A stretch of DNA of 64,000 nt from contig OZ210884.1 in NCBI GenBank assembly GCA_964658305.1, positions 3,162,001 to 3,226,000 of the forward strand, written 5' to 3'. This DNA comes from Leptogorgia sarmentosa (lineage: Eukaryota). The notes beneath the pieces are model-generated. The model saw nothing but the letters and a program-made list of their open reading frames with translations. It did not search any database and was not told where the DNA came from. A program made the position numbers and the translations under genes. Positions 51,354 through 64,000 of the stretch are shown here, in pieces. Numbering within the stretch: the stretch's first letter is position 1; every line of letters starts with the position of its first letter.

Positions 51354-54300
51354 GTACTGAGAGGCATAACTAATAACTATTAGTAGAATCATACTCGTAT
51401 ACTATTGCAAATGCTGCAATTTTATTGGCTACTCTACTCGATATCTGTTCCTCGATATCTATTCCTCGATAGATAGCGAGTAGCAATATATGTTAATTTT
51501 CGTTCACGAAAATGTCTTCTGAGACGCGGTTTTAAATTATTTTTTGCAATATTTTCATGTTTGATCTCTGATTCTACTAAAACAATTAGATTACTCGCTC
51601 TCGATTTCTACGAGATGATAGTTGATTCGGGCTTCGCCCTCATCAACTATCACCGCATAGAAATCTCGAGCTCGTAATCTAATTGTTAAAAAATGACTGA
51701 TAATGGGAAAATTACACAAAAATACAGTAGTGAATGGATTTAAAAAAAAACATTGAATAATTGTGTAGAAAGGAGGGGGTTATTGTTGGTAATTATTATC
51801 ACAATGCCACTGCCAAACCCATTTTGTTTCATTCACGAAAAGGACTGATTCTGATTCTACGGAAAAGGACTGTGACTGATTCTACAGAACATTGCGACAC
51901 TACATTTTCCATACAAAAAAGCGTGAAAATAATGGACCAAATACGAGTTTTTTCTTTAAATAATAATTAAACTGGGTATTATAATTTTTCTTCTGTAGCT
52001 ATGTTGTTTTGCTTCATGCAAGCTTAGACTTGGGCATTAGAAATTAGGATCTATTAATCGATATATCTACACGTTACTAATAACGTGTCGAAGTGAAATT
52101 GTACATTTCCACACAGCTTTGCAAGAATAATATTTTCAATTTTATTTGTGCTAATAACACCAATTTAATCAACTGTGACAACAACCATATGAAAGTTAGT
52201 TAATTTTTTATTTCCTATTCTCGTTGTAAAATGAATTCAGTTGAACATTCATCCAAAAACAACCGAAGTCTTTTATAGAGAATGACATAGGTTTATTATT
52301 AAATATTGACAAATTATTTATAATTCGCTAAACTAAACAATATTTGCAATTTTAGTTTTGCCAATAACATCGATTCCAACTACTGTAACAACAACCCAAC
52401 AAGGTAATTATTTTTAAGTTTTCGTTGTCAAAATTAATGAAGTTTTTCCAGTTTTATATAAATGCAAAAACAAGTCTATTATAGAAATCGACATAGGTTT
52501 TTACTTAATATTGAAAATTATTTTTATTTTGCGAAACTAAGCAATATTTTCAATTTTAGTTCTGGCAACAACACAGATTTCAACAACTGCGACAGCAACC
52601 AAGACAAGTAATTTTTCTTTTATGTTCGTTGAAAAATAAAGTTTCCATTTTCATATCAATGCGATATCAAGTCTGTTGTAGAGAATGACTTAGGTCAATT
52701 ACTTAAGATTGTCAAATTAATTATAGTTCGCGAAACTAAATAATATTTTCAATTTTAGTTCTACCAACAACACAGATTTCAACAACTGCGACAATAACAA
52801 AGACAGGTATAATTTCTCTCTTAGGTTTTCGTTGAAAAATATGGTTTTTCCATTTCCATATCAATGCGAAATGAAGTCTTTTGTAGAGAGTTACTTAAGT
52901 CAATTACTTAAGATTGACACATTAATTATTATAGTTCGCCAAACTAAACAATATTTTCAATTTTAGTTCTGCCAACAACACAGATTTCAACAACTGCGAC
53001 AACATCCAAGACAGGTAATTTTTTTTTTTATGTTTTCGTTGAAAAATAAAGTTTTTCAATTTTAATATCAATGCGAAATCAAGTCTTTTGTACAGAATGA
53101 CTTAGGTCAAATATTTAAGATTGTCAAATTAATTATTATAGTTCGCAAAACTGAACAACATTTTCAATTTTAGTTCTGCTAACAACCCAGATTTCAACAA
53201 CTGCGACAACATCCAAGACAGGTAATTTTTCTTTTATGTTTTCGTTGAAAAATAAGGTTTTTCCATTTTCATATCAATGCGAAATCAAGTCTATTGTAGG
53301 GAATGACTTAGGTCAATTACTTAAGATTGACACATTAATTATTATAGTTCGCCAAACTAAACAATATTTTCAATTTTAGTTCTGCCAACAACACAGATTT
53401 CAACAACTGCGACAACATCCAAGACAGGTAATTTTTTTTTTTATGTTTTCGTTGAAAAATAAAGTTTTTCATTTTAAATATCAATGCGAAATCAAGTCTT
53501 TTGTACAGAATGACTTGGGTCAAATATTTAAGATTGTCAATTTAATTATTATAGTTCGCAAAACTGAACAACATTTTCAATTTTAGTTCTGCTAACAACC
53601 CAGATTTCAACAAGTGTTACAACATCCAATACAGGTCATTTTTCTTTTATGTTTTCGTTGAAAAATACCATTTCCATATCAATGCAAAATCAAGCCTTTT
53701 GTAGAGAATGATTTAGGTCAGCGATTTCCTATTGTAAAACTATTAATATATCGCTAAACTAAACAATATTTTCAAATTTAGTTTTGCCAACAACCCAGAT
53801 TTCAACAACTGCGACAACATTCAAGTCAGGTAATTTTTCTTTTATGTTTTCGCTGAAAAATAAAGTTTTTCCATTTTCATATCAATGCGAAATGGATCTT
53901 TTATAGAGAATGTCTTAGATCAATTATTTAAGATTGTCAAATTAATTGTTATAGTTCGCAAAACTAAACAACATTTTCAATTTTAGTTCTGCCAACAACG
54001 CAGATTTCAACAACTGCGACAACATCCAAGACAGGTAATTTTTCTTTTATGTTTTCGTTGAAAAATAAAGTTTTTCCATTTTCATATCATTGAGAAATGG
54101 AGTCTTTTATAGAGAATGTCTTAGGTCAATTATTTAAGATTGTCAAATTAATTATTATAGTTCGCATAACTAAAGAATATTTTCAATTTTAGTTCTGCCA
54201 ACAACACAGATTTCAACAACTGTGACAACATCCAAGACAGGTAATTTTTCTTTTATGTTTTCGTTGAAAAATAAAGTTTTTCCATTTTCATATCAATGCG

Positions 54301-57300
54301 AAATGGAGTCTTTTATAGAGAATGTCTTAGGTCAATTATTTAAGATTGTCAAATTAATTTTTATAGTTCGCAAAACTAAACAACATTTTCAATTTTAGTT
54401 CTGCCAACAACACAGATTTCAACAACTGTGACAACAACCAACACAGGTCATTTCCCTTTTCTGTTTTCATTGAAAAATAAAGATTTTCCATTTCCATATC
54501 AACGCGAAATCAAATCGTTTGTGGAGAATGACTTTCGTCAATGATTTTCTATTGTGAAATTATTAATATTTCACGAAACTAAACAATGTTTTCAATTTCA
54601 GTTCTGCCAACAACACAGATTTCAACAACTGCGACAACATCCAAGACAGGTAATTTTTCTTTCATGTTTTCGTTAAAAAATAAAGTTTTTCCATGTTAAT
54701 ATAAATGCGAAATCAAGTCTTTTGTACAGAATGACTTAGGTCAAATATTTAAGATTGTCAATTAATTATTATAGTTGGCAAAACTGAACAACATTTTCAA
54801 TTTTAGTTCTGCCAACAACCCAGATTTCAACAACTGTTACAACATCCAAGACAGGTCATTTTTCTTTGATGTTTTCGTTGAAAAATAAAGTTTTTCCATT
54901 TCCATATCAATGCGAAATCGAGTCTTTTAAAGAGAATATCTTAGATCAATTATTTAATATTGTCAAATTAAATATTATAGGTCGCAAAACTAAGCAACAT
55001 TTTCAATTTTAGTTCTGCCAACAACACAGATTTCAACAACTGTGTCAACAACCAAGACAGGTAATTTCTCGTTTATGTTTTCGTTAAAAAATAAAGATTT
55101 TCCTTTTCGATATCAATGCGGAATCAAGTCGTTTGTGGAGAATGACTTTGGTCAATGATTTTCTATTGTAAAATTATTAATATTTCGCGAAACTAAACAA
55201 TATTTTCAATTTTAGTTCTGCCAACAACAAAGATTTCAACAACTGCGACAACACCCGTCCTTGGTAGTTTTCTCATAACTTATTGTTCTAAAAACAACTT
55301 TCTCATGCATTTCATTCCCATACATTTGAATGCTTCATTTTGCGGGGAGAATACTTGTTATAAACTAGCTATTGTGCAAATTATTTATAGATGACGAAAC
55401 TAAACAATATTTTCAATTTTAGGTATGGCAACAACACAAATTTCAACAACTGTAACAACATCCAAGACAGGTAATTTTTATTTTATTTTTTCGTTGAAAA
55501 ATAAAGTTTTTCCATTTCCATATCAATGCGAAATCAAGTCTATTGTAGGGAATGACTTAGGTCAATTACTTAAGATTGACACATTAATTATTATAGTTCG
55601 CCAAACTAAACAATATTTTCAATTTTAGTTCTGCCAACAACACAGATTTCAACAACTGCGACAACATCCAAGACAGGTAATTTTTTTTTTTATGTTTTCG
55701 TTGAAAAATAAAGTTTTTCCATTTTAATATCAATGCGAAATCAAGTCTTTTGTACAGAATGACTTAGGTCAAATATTTAAGATTGTCAAATTAATTATTA
55801 TAGTTCGCAAAACTGAACAACATTTTCAATTTTAGTTCTGCTAACAACCCAGATTTCAACAAGTGTTACAACATCCAATACAGGTCATTTTTCTTTTATG
55901 TTTTCGTTGAAAAATACCATTTCCATATCAATGCAAAATCAAGCCTTTTGTCGAGAATGATTTAGGTCAGCGATTTCCTATTGTAAAACTATTAATATAT
56001 CGCCAAACTAAACAATATTTTCAATTTTAGTTTTGCCAACAACCCAGATTTCAACAACTGCGACAACATTCAAGTCAGGTAATTTTTCTTTTATGTTTTC
56101 GCTGAAAAATAAAGTTTTTCCATTTTCATATCAATGCGAAATGGATCTTTTATAGAGAATGTCTTAGATCAATTATTTAAGATTGTCAAATTAATTGTTA
56201 TAGTTCGCAAAACTAAACAACATTTTCAATTTTAGTTCTGCCAACAACGCAGATTTCAACAACTGCGACAACATCCAAGACAGGTAATTTTTCTTTTATG
56301 TTTTCGTTGAAAAATAAAGTTTTTCCATTTTCATATCATTGAGAAATGGAGTCTTTTATAGAGAATGTCTTAGGTCAATTATTTAAGATTGTCAAATTAA
56401 TTATTATAGTTCGCATAACTAAAGAATATTTTCAATTTTAGTTCTGCCAACAACACAGATTTCAACAACTGTGACAACATCCAAGACAGGTAATTTTTCT
56501 TTTATGTTTTCGTTGAAAAATAAAGTTTTTCCATTTTCATTTCAATGCCAAATCAAGTCTATTGTAGAGAATGACTTAGGTCAATTACTTAAGATTGACA
56601 CATTAATTATTATAGTTCACCAAACTAAACAATATTTTCAATTTTAGTTCTGCCAACAACACAGATTTCAACAACTGTGACAACATCCAAGACAGGTAAT
56701 TTTTCTTTTATGTTTTCGTTGAAAAATAAAGTTTTTCCATTTTCATATCAATGCGAAATGGAGTCTTTTATAGAGAATGTCTTAGGTCAATTATTTAAGA
56801 TTGTCAAATTAATTTTTATAGTTCGCAAAACTAAACAACATTTTCAATTTTAGTTCTGCCAACAACACAGATTTCAACAACTGTGACAACAACCAACACA
56901 GGTCATTTCCCTTTTCTGTTTTCATTGAAAAATAAAGATTTTCCATTTCCATATCAACGCGAAATCAAATCGTTTGTGGAGAATGACTTTCGTCAATGAT
57001 TTTCTATTGTGAAATTATTAATATTTCACGAAACTAAACAATGTTTTCAATTTCAGTTCTGCCAACAACACAGATTTCAACAACTGTTACAACATCCAAG
57101 ACAGGTCATTTTTCTTTGATGTTTTCGTTGAAAAATAAAGTTTTTCCATTTCCATATCAATGCGAAATCGAGTCTTTTAAAGAGAATATCTTAGATCAAT
57201 TATTTAATATTGTCAAATTAAATATTATAGGTCGCAAAACTAAGCAACATTTTCAATTTTAGTTCTGCCAACAACACAGATTTCAACAACTGTGTCAACA

Positions 57301-60300
57301 ACCAAGACAGGTAATTTCTCGTTTATGTTTTCGTTAAAAAATAAAGATTTTCCTTTTCGATATCAATGCGGAATCAAGTCGTTTGTGGAGAATGACTTTG
57401 GTCAATGATTTTCTATTGTAAAATTATTAATATTTCGCGAAACTAAACAATATTTTCAATTTTAGTTCTGCCAACAACAAAGATTTCAACAACTGCGACA
57501 ACACCCGTCCTTGGTAGTTTTCTCATAACTTATTGTTCTAAAAACAACTTTCTCATGCCTTTCATTCCCATACATTTGAATGCCTCATTTTGTGGGGAGA
57601 ATACTTGTTATAAACTAGCTATTATGCAAATTATTTATAGATGGCGAAACTAAACAATATTTTCAATTTTAGTTCTGCCAACAACACAGATTTCAACAAC
57701 TGCGACAACATCCAAGACAGGTAATTTTTCTTTTATGTTTTCGTTGAAAAATAAAGTCTTTCCATTTTCATATTAATGTGAAATCAAGTCTTTTATAGAG
57801 AATGTCTTAGGTCAATTATTTAAGATTGTCAAATTAATTATTATATTTCGCAAACCTGAACAACATTTTCAATTTTAGTTCTGCCAACAACACAGATTTC
57901 AACAACTGTTACAACATCCAAGACAGGTAATTTTTCTTTTATGTTTTCGTTGAAAAATACCATTTCCATATCAATGCAAAATCAAGTCTTTTGTAGAGAA
58001 TGATTTAGGTCAGCGACTTCCTATTGTAAAACTATTAATATATAGCCAAACTAAATAATATTTTCAATTTTAGTTTTGCCAACAACCCAGATTTCAACAA
58101 CTGCGACAACATTCAAGACAGGTAATTTTTCTTTTATGTTTTCGTTGAAAAATAAAGTTTTTCCATTTCCATATCAATGCGAAATCGAGTCTTTTATATA
58201 GAATGTCCTTGGTCAATTATTTAAGATTAGCAAATTAATTATTATATTTCGCAAAACTAAACAACATTTTCAATTTTAGTTCTGCCAACAACACGGATTT
58301 CAACAACTGCGACAACATCCAAGACAGGTAATTTTTCTTTTATGTTTTCGTTGAAAAATACCATTTCCATATCAATGCAAAATCAAGCCTTTTGTAGAGA
58401 ATGATTTAGGTCAGCGATTTCCTATTGTAAAGCTATTAATATATCGCCAAACTAAACAATATTTTCAATTTTAGTTTTGCCAACAACCCAGATTTCAACA
58501 ACTGCGACAACATTCAAGTCAGGTAATTTTTCTTTTATGTTTTCGCTGAAAAATAAAGTTTTTCCATTTCCATATCAATGCGAAATCGAGTCTTTTATAT
58601 AGAATGTCCTTGGTCAATTATTTAAGATTAGCAAATTAATTATTATATTTCGCAAAACTAAACAACATTTTCAATTTTAGTTCTGCCAACAACACGGATT
58701 TCAACAACTGCGACAACATCCAAGACAGGTAATTTTTCTTTTATGTTTTCGTTGAAAAATACCATTTCCATATCAATGCAAAATCAAGCCTTTTGTAGAG
58801 AATGATTTAGGTCAGCGATTTCCTATTGTAAAGCTATTAATATATCGCCAAACTAAACAATATTTTCAATTTTAGTTTTGCCAATAACCCAGATTTCAAC
58901 AACTGCGACAACATTCAAGTCAGGTAATTTTTCTTTTATGTTTTCGCTGAAAAATAAAGTTTTTTCCATGTTCATATCAATGCGAAATGGATCTTTTATA
59001 GAGAATGTCTTAGATCAATTATTTAAGATTGTCAAATTAATTGTTATAGTTCGCAAAACTAAACAACATTTTCAATTTTAGTTCTGCCAACAACGCAGAT
59101 TTCAACAACTGCGACAACATCCAAGACAGGTAATTTTTCTTTTATGTTTTCGTTGAAAAATAAAGTTTTTCCATTTTCATTTCAATGCCAAATCAAGTCT
59201 ATTGTAGAGAATGACTTAGGTCAATTACTTAAGATTGACACATTAATTATTATAGTTCGCCAAACTAAACAATATTTTCAATTTTAGTTCTGCCAACAAC
59301 ACAGACTTCAACAACTGTGACAACATCCAAGACAGGTAATTTTTATATTATGTTTTCGTTGAAAAATAAAGTTTTTCCATTTTCATATCAATTCGAATTG
59401 GAGTCTTTTATAGAGAATGTCTTAGGTCAATTATTTAAGATTGTCAAATTAATTTTTATAGTTCGCAAAACTAAACAACATTTTCAATTTTAGTTCTGCC
59501 AACAACACAGATTTCAACAACTGTGACAACAACCAACACAGGTCATTTCCCTTTTCTGTTTTCGTTGAAAAATAAAGATTTTCCATTTACATATCAACGC
59601 GAAATCAAGTCGTTTGTGGAGAATGACTTTCGTCAATGATTTTCTATTGTGAAATTATTAATATTGCACGAAACTAAACAATATTTTCAATTTTAGTTCT
59701 GCCAACAACACAGATTTCAACAACTGCGACAACAACCGTCCTTGGTAGTTTTCCTTTAACTTATTGTTCTAAAAACAACTTTCTCATGCATTTCATTCCC
59801 ATACATTTGAATGCTTCATTTTGCGGGGAGAATACTTGTTATAAACTAGCTATTGTGCAAATTATTTATAGATGACGAAACTAAACAATATTTTCAATTT
59901 TAGGTATGGCAACAACACAAATTTCAACAACTGTAACAACATCCAAGACAGGTAATTTTTGTTTTATTTTTTCGTTGAAAAATAAAGTTTTTCCATTTCC
60001 ATATCAATGCGAAATCAAGTCTATTGTAGGGAATGACTTAGGTCAATTACTTAAGACTGACACATTAATTATTAAAGTTCGCCAAACTAAACAATATTTT
60101 CAATTTTAGTTCTGCCAACAACACAGACTTCAACAACTGTGACAACATCCAAGACAGGTAATTTTTATATTATGTTTTCGTTGAAAAATAAAGTTTTTCC
60201 ATTTTCATATCAATTCGCATTGGAGTCTTTTATAGAGAATGTCTTAGGTCAATTATTTAAGATTTTCAAATTAATTTTTATAGTTCGCAAAACTAAACAA

Positions 60301-63300
60301 CGTTTTCAATTTTAGTTCTGCCAACAACACAGATTTCAACAACTGTGACAACAACCAACACAGGTCATTTCCCTTTTCTGTTTTCGTTGAAAAATAAAGA
60401 TTTTCCATTTACATATCAACGCGAAATCAAATCGTTTGTGGAGAATGACTTTCGTCAATGATTTTCTATTGTGAAATTATTAATATTGCACGAAACTAAA
60501 CAATATTTTCAATTTTAGTTCTGCCAACAACACAGATTTCAACAACTGCGACAACAACCGTCCTTGGTAGTTTTCCTTTAACTTATTGTTCTAAAAACAA
60601 CTTTCTCATGCATTTCATTCCCATACATTTGAATGCTTCATTTTGCGGGGAGAATACTTGTTATAAACTAGCTATTGTGCAAATTATTTATAGATGACGA
60701 AACTAAACAATATTTTCAATTTTAGGTATGGCAACAACACAAATTTCAACAACTGTAACAACATCCAAGACAGGTAATTTTTGTTTTATTTTTTCGTTGA
60801 AAAATAAAGTTTTTCCATTTCCATATCAATGCGAAATCAAGTCTATTGTAGGGAATGACTTAGGTCAATTACTTAAGACTGACACATTAATTATTATAGT
60901 TCGCCAAACTAAATAATATTTTCAATTTTAGTTCTGCCAACAACACAGATTTCAACAACTGCGACAACATCCAAGACAGGTAATTTTTCTTTTATGTTTT
61001 CGTTGAAAAATAAGGTTTTTCCATTTTCATATCAATGCGAAATCAAGTCTATTGTAGGGAATGACTTAGGTCAATTACTTAAGATTGACACATTAATTAT
61101 TATAGTTCGCCAAACTAAACAATATTTTCAATTTTAGTTCTGCCAACAACACAGATTTCAACAACTGCGACAACATCCAAGACAGGTAATTTTTTTTTTT
61201 ATGTTTTCGTTGAAAAATAAAGTTTTTCCATTTTAATATCAATGCGAAATCAAGTCTTTTGTACAGAATGACTTAGGTCAAATATTTAAGATTGTCAAAT
61301 TAATTATTATAGTTCGCAAAACTGAACAACATTTTCAATTTTAGTTCTGCTAACAACCCAGATTTCAACAAGTGTTACAACATCCAATACAGGTCATTTT
61401 TCTTTTATGTTTTCGTTGAAAAATACCATTTCCATATCAATGCAAAATCAAGCCTTTTGTCGAGAATGATTTAGGTCAGCGATTTCCTATTGTAAAACTA
61501 TTAATATATCGCCAAACTAAACAATATTTTCAATTTTAGTTTTGCCAACAACCCAGATTTCAACAACTGCGACAACATTCAAGTCAGGTAATTTTTCTTT
61601 TATGTTTTCGCTGAAAAATAAAGTTTTTCCATTTTCATATCAATGCGAAATGGATCTTTTATAGAGAATGTCTTAGATCAATTATTTAAGATTGTCAAAT
61701 TAATTGTTATAGTTCGCAAAACTAAACAACATTTTCAATTTTAGTTCTGCCAACAACGCAGATTTCAACAACTGCGACAACATCCAAGACAGGTAATTTT
61801 TCTTTTATGTTTTCGTTGAAAAATAAAGTTTTTCCATTTTCATATCATTGAGAAATGGAGTCTTTTATAGAGAATGTCTTAGGTCAATTATTTAAGATTG
61901 TCAAATTAATTATTATAGTTCGCATAACTAAAGAATATTTTCAATTTTAGTTCTGCCAACAACACAGATTTCAACAACTGTGACAACATCCAAGACAGGT
62001 AATTTTTCTTTTATGTTTTCGTTGAAAAATAAAGTTTTTCCATTTTCATTTCAATGCCAAATCAAGTCTATTGTAGAGAATGACTTAGGTCAATTACTTA
62101 AGATTGACACATTAATTATTATAGTTCACCAAACTAAACAATATTTTCAATTTTAGTTCTGCCAACAACACAGATTTCAACAACTGTGACAACATCCAAG
62201 ACAGGTAATTTTTCTTTTATGTTTTCGTTGAAAAATAAAGTTTTTCCATTTTCATATCAATGCGAAATGGAGTCTTTTATAGAGAATGTCTTAGGTCAAT
62301 TATTTAAGATTGTCAAATTAATTTTTATAGTTCGCAAAACTAAACAACATTTTCAATTTTAGTTCTGCCAACAACACAGATTTCAACAACTGTGACAACA
62401 ACCAACACAGGTCATTTCCCTTTTCTGTTTTCATTGAAAAATAAAGATTTTCCATTTCCATATCAACGCGAAATCAAATCGTTTGTGGAGAATGACTTTC
62501 GTCAATGATTTTCTATTGTGAAATTATTAATATTTCACGAAACTAAACAATGTTTTCAATTTCAGTTCTGCCAACAACACAGATTTCAACAACTGTTACA
62601 ACATCCAAGACAGGTCATTTTTCTTTGATGTTTTCGTTGAAAAATAAAGTTTTTCCATTTCCATATCAATGCGAAATCGAGTCTTTTAAAGAGAATATCT
62701 TAGATCAATTATTTAATATTGTCAAATTAAATATTATAGGTCGCAAAACTAAGCAACATTTTCAATTTTAGTTCTGCCAACAACACAGATTTCAACAACT
62801 GTGTCAACAACCAAGACAGGTAATTTCTCGTTTATGTTTTCGTTAAAAAATAAAGATTTTCCTTTTCGATATCAATGCGGAATCAAGTCGTTTGTGGAGA
62901 ATGACTTTGGTCAATGATTTTCTATTGTAAAATTATTAATATTTCGCGAAACTAAACAATATTTTCAATTTTAGTTCTGCCAACAACAAAGATTTCAACA
63001 ACTGCGACAACACCCGTCCTTGGTAGTTTTCTCATAACTTATTGTTCTAAAAACAACTTTCTCATGCCTTTCATTCCCATACATTTGAATGCCTCATTTT
63101 GTGGGGAGAATACTTGTTATAAACTAGCTATTATGCAAATTATTTATAGATGGCGAAACTAAACAATATTTTCAATTTTAGTTCTGCCAACAACACAGAT
63201 TTCAACAACTGCGACAACATCCAAGACAGGTAATTTTTCTTTTATGTTTTCGTTGAAAAATAAAGTCTTTCCATTTTCATATTAATGTGAAATCAAGTCT

Positions 63301-64000
63301 TTTATAGAGAATGTCTTAGGTCAATTATTTAAGATTGTCAAATTAATTATTATATTTCGCAAACCTGAACAACATTTTCAATTTTAGTTCTGCCAACAAC
63401 ACAGATTTCAACAACTGTTACAACATCCAAGACAGGTAATTTTTCTTTTATGTTTTCGTTGAAAAATACCATTTCCATATCAATGCAAAATCAAGTCTTT
63501 TGTAGAGAATGATTTAGGTCAGCGACTTCCTATTGTAAAACTATTAATATATAGCCAAACTAAATAATATTTTCAATTTTAGTTTTGCCAACAACCCAGA
63601 TTTCAACAACTGCGACAACATTCAAGACAGGTAATTTTTCTTTTATGTTTTCGTTGAAAAATAAAGTTTTTCCATTTCCATATCAATGCGAAATCGAGTC
63701 TTTTATATAGAATGTCCTTGGTCAATTATTTAAGATTAGCAAATTAATTATTATATTTCGCAAAACTAAACAACATTTTCAATTTTAGTTCTGCCAACAA
63801 CACGGATTTCAACAACTGCGACAACATCCAAGACAGGTAATTTTTCTTTTATGTTTTCGTTGAAAAATAAAGTTTTTCCATTTTCATATCAATGCGAAAT
63901 GGAGTCTTTTATAGAGAATGTCTTTGGTCAATTATTTAAGACTGTTAAACTAATTATTATAGTTCGCAAAACTAAACAACATTTTCAATTTTAGTTCTGC
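51287..64000 (+). CDS. Gene 2: mucin-like gene, signal-peptide exon plus PTS micro-exon array; continues beyond the window
   Basis: The ATG exon ends in phase 1 and is followed by at least 57 phase 1-1 48-nt exons. Confidence 0.8.
51581..51688. repeat. Hairpin repeat element in intron 1 of gene 2
   Basis: aacaattagattac..ctcgatttcta..tgatagttgat / atcaactatca..tagaaatc..gtaatctaattgtt arms. Confidence 0.75.
52090..64000. repeat. Tandem repeat, 195-207-bp unit, with higher-order periods
   Basis: Recurring gttttcgttgaaaaataaagtttttccatt and cgcaaaactaaacaa..ttttcaattttag. ORF-track repeats at offsets 5509 and 822. Confidence 0.97.
52356..64000 (+). CDS. PTS micro-exon array C: 57 complete 48-nt exons plus a partial one at 63995, one per ~205-bp unit
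   Basis: First exon 52356-52403. Consensus ttttag|ttctgccaacaacacagatttcaacaactgcgacaacatccaagacag|gtaatt encodes VLPTTQISTTATTSKT. Confidence 0.83.

Noticed and set aside
55425..62771. MATTQISTT.../MFSISVLPTT... ORFs as independent small genes
   Set aside because: They are micro-exons read through into the following intron, and the ATG is internal to a variant exon or lies in the intron.

Overview
AT-rich, intron-containing animal genomic DNA. The hairpin repeats resemble those of anthozoan cnidarians, but that taxon call is a low-confidence impression. Most short ORFs in the supplied track are artefacts of repeats. What looks like two satellite blocks (1.2-24.4 kb and 52-64 kb) is coding: each 200-350 bp repeat unit carries one 48-nt (sometimes 45-nt) phase-1/phase-1 micro-exon, with AG/GT splice sites, encoding a 16-aa Pro/Thr/Ser-rich mucin repeat. 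Gene 1 (+ strand, 5' end outside the window, stop at 42099) is a MUC13-like type I transmembrane mucin. Its order is SEA - 31 PTS micro-exons - SEA - about 33 PTS micro-exons - EGFs - SEA - EGF2 - SEA - EGF2 - SEA - EGF - TM - short Tyr/acidic tail. Gene 2 (+ strand) starts with a signal-peptide exon at 51287 and has at least 57 related micro-exons running off the window end. The arrays show nested higher-order repeats, frame-preserving acceptor shifts, dead units and sequence exchange between arrays. Introns hold several hairpin or MITE-like elements, including an 870-bp palindrome and a TTAA-flanked insertion whose empty site is visible in a duplicated copy. A weak minus-strand gene candidate lies between the two mucins. 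All splicing is inferred from sequence and the counts were made by eye.
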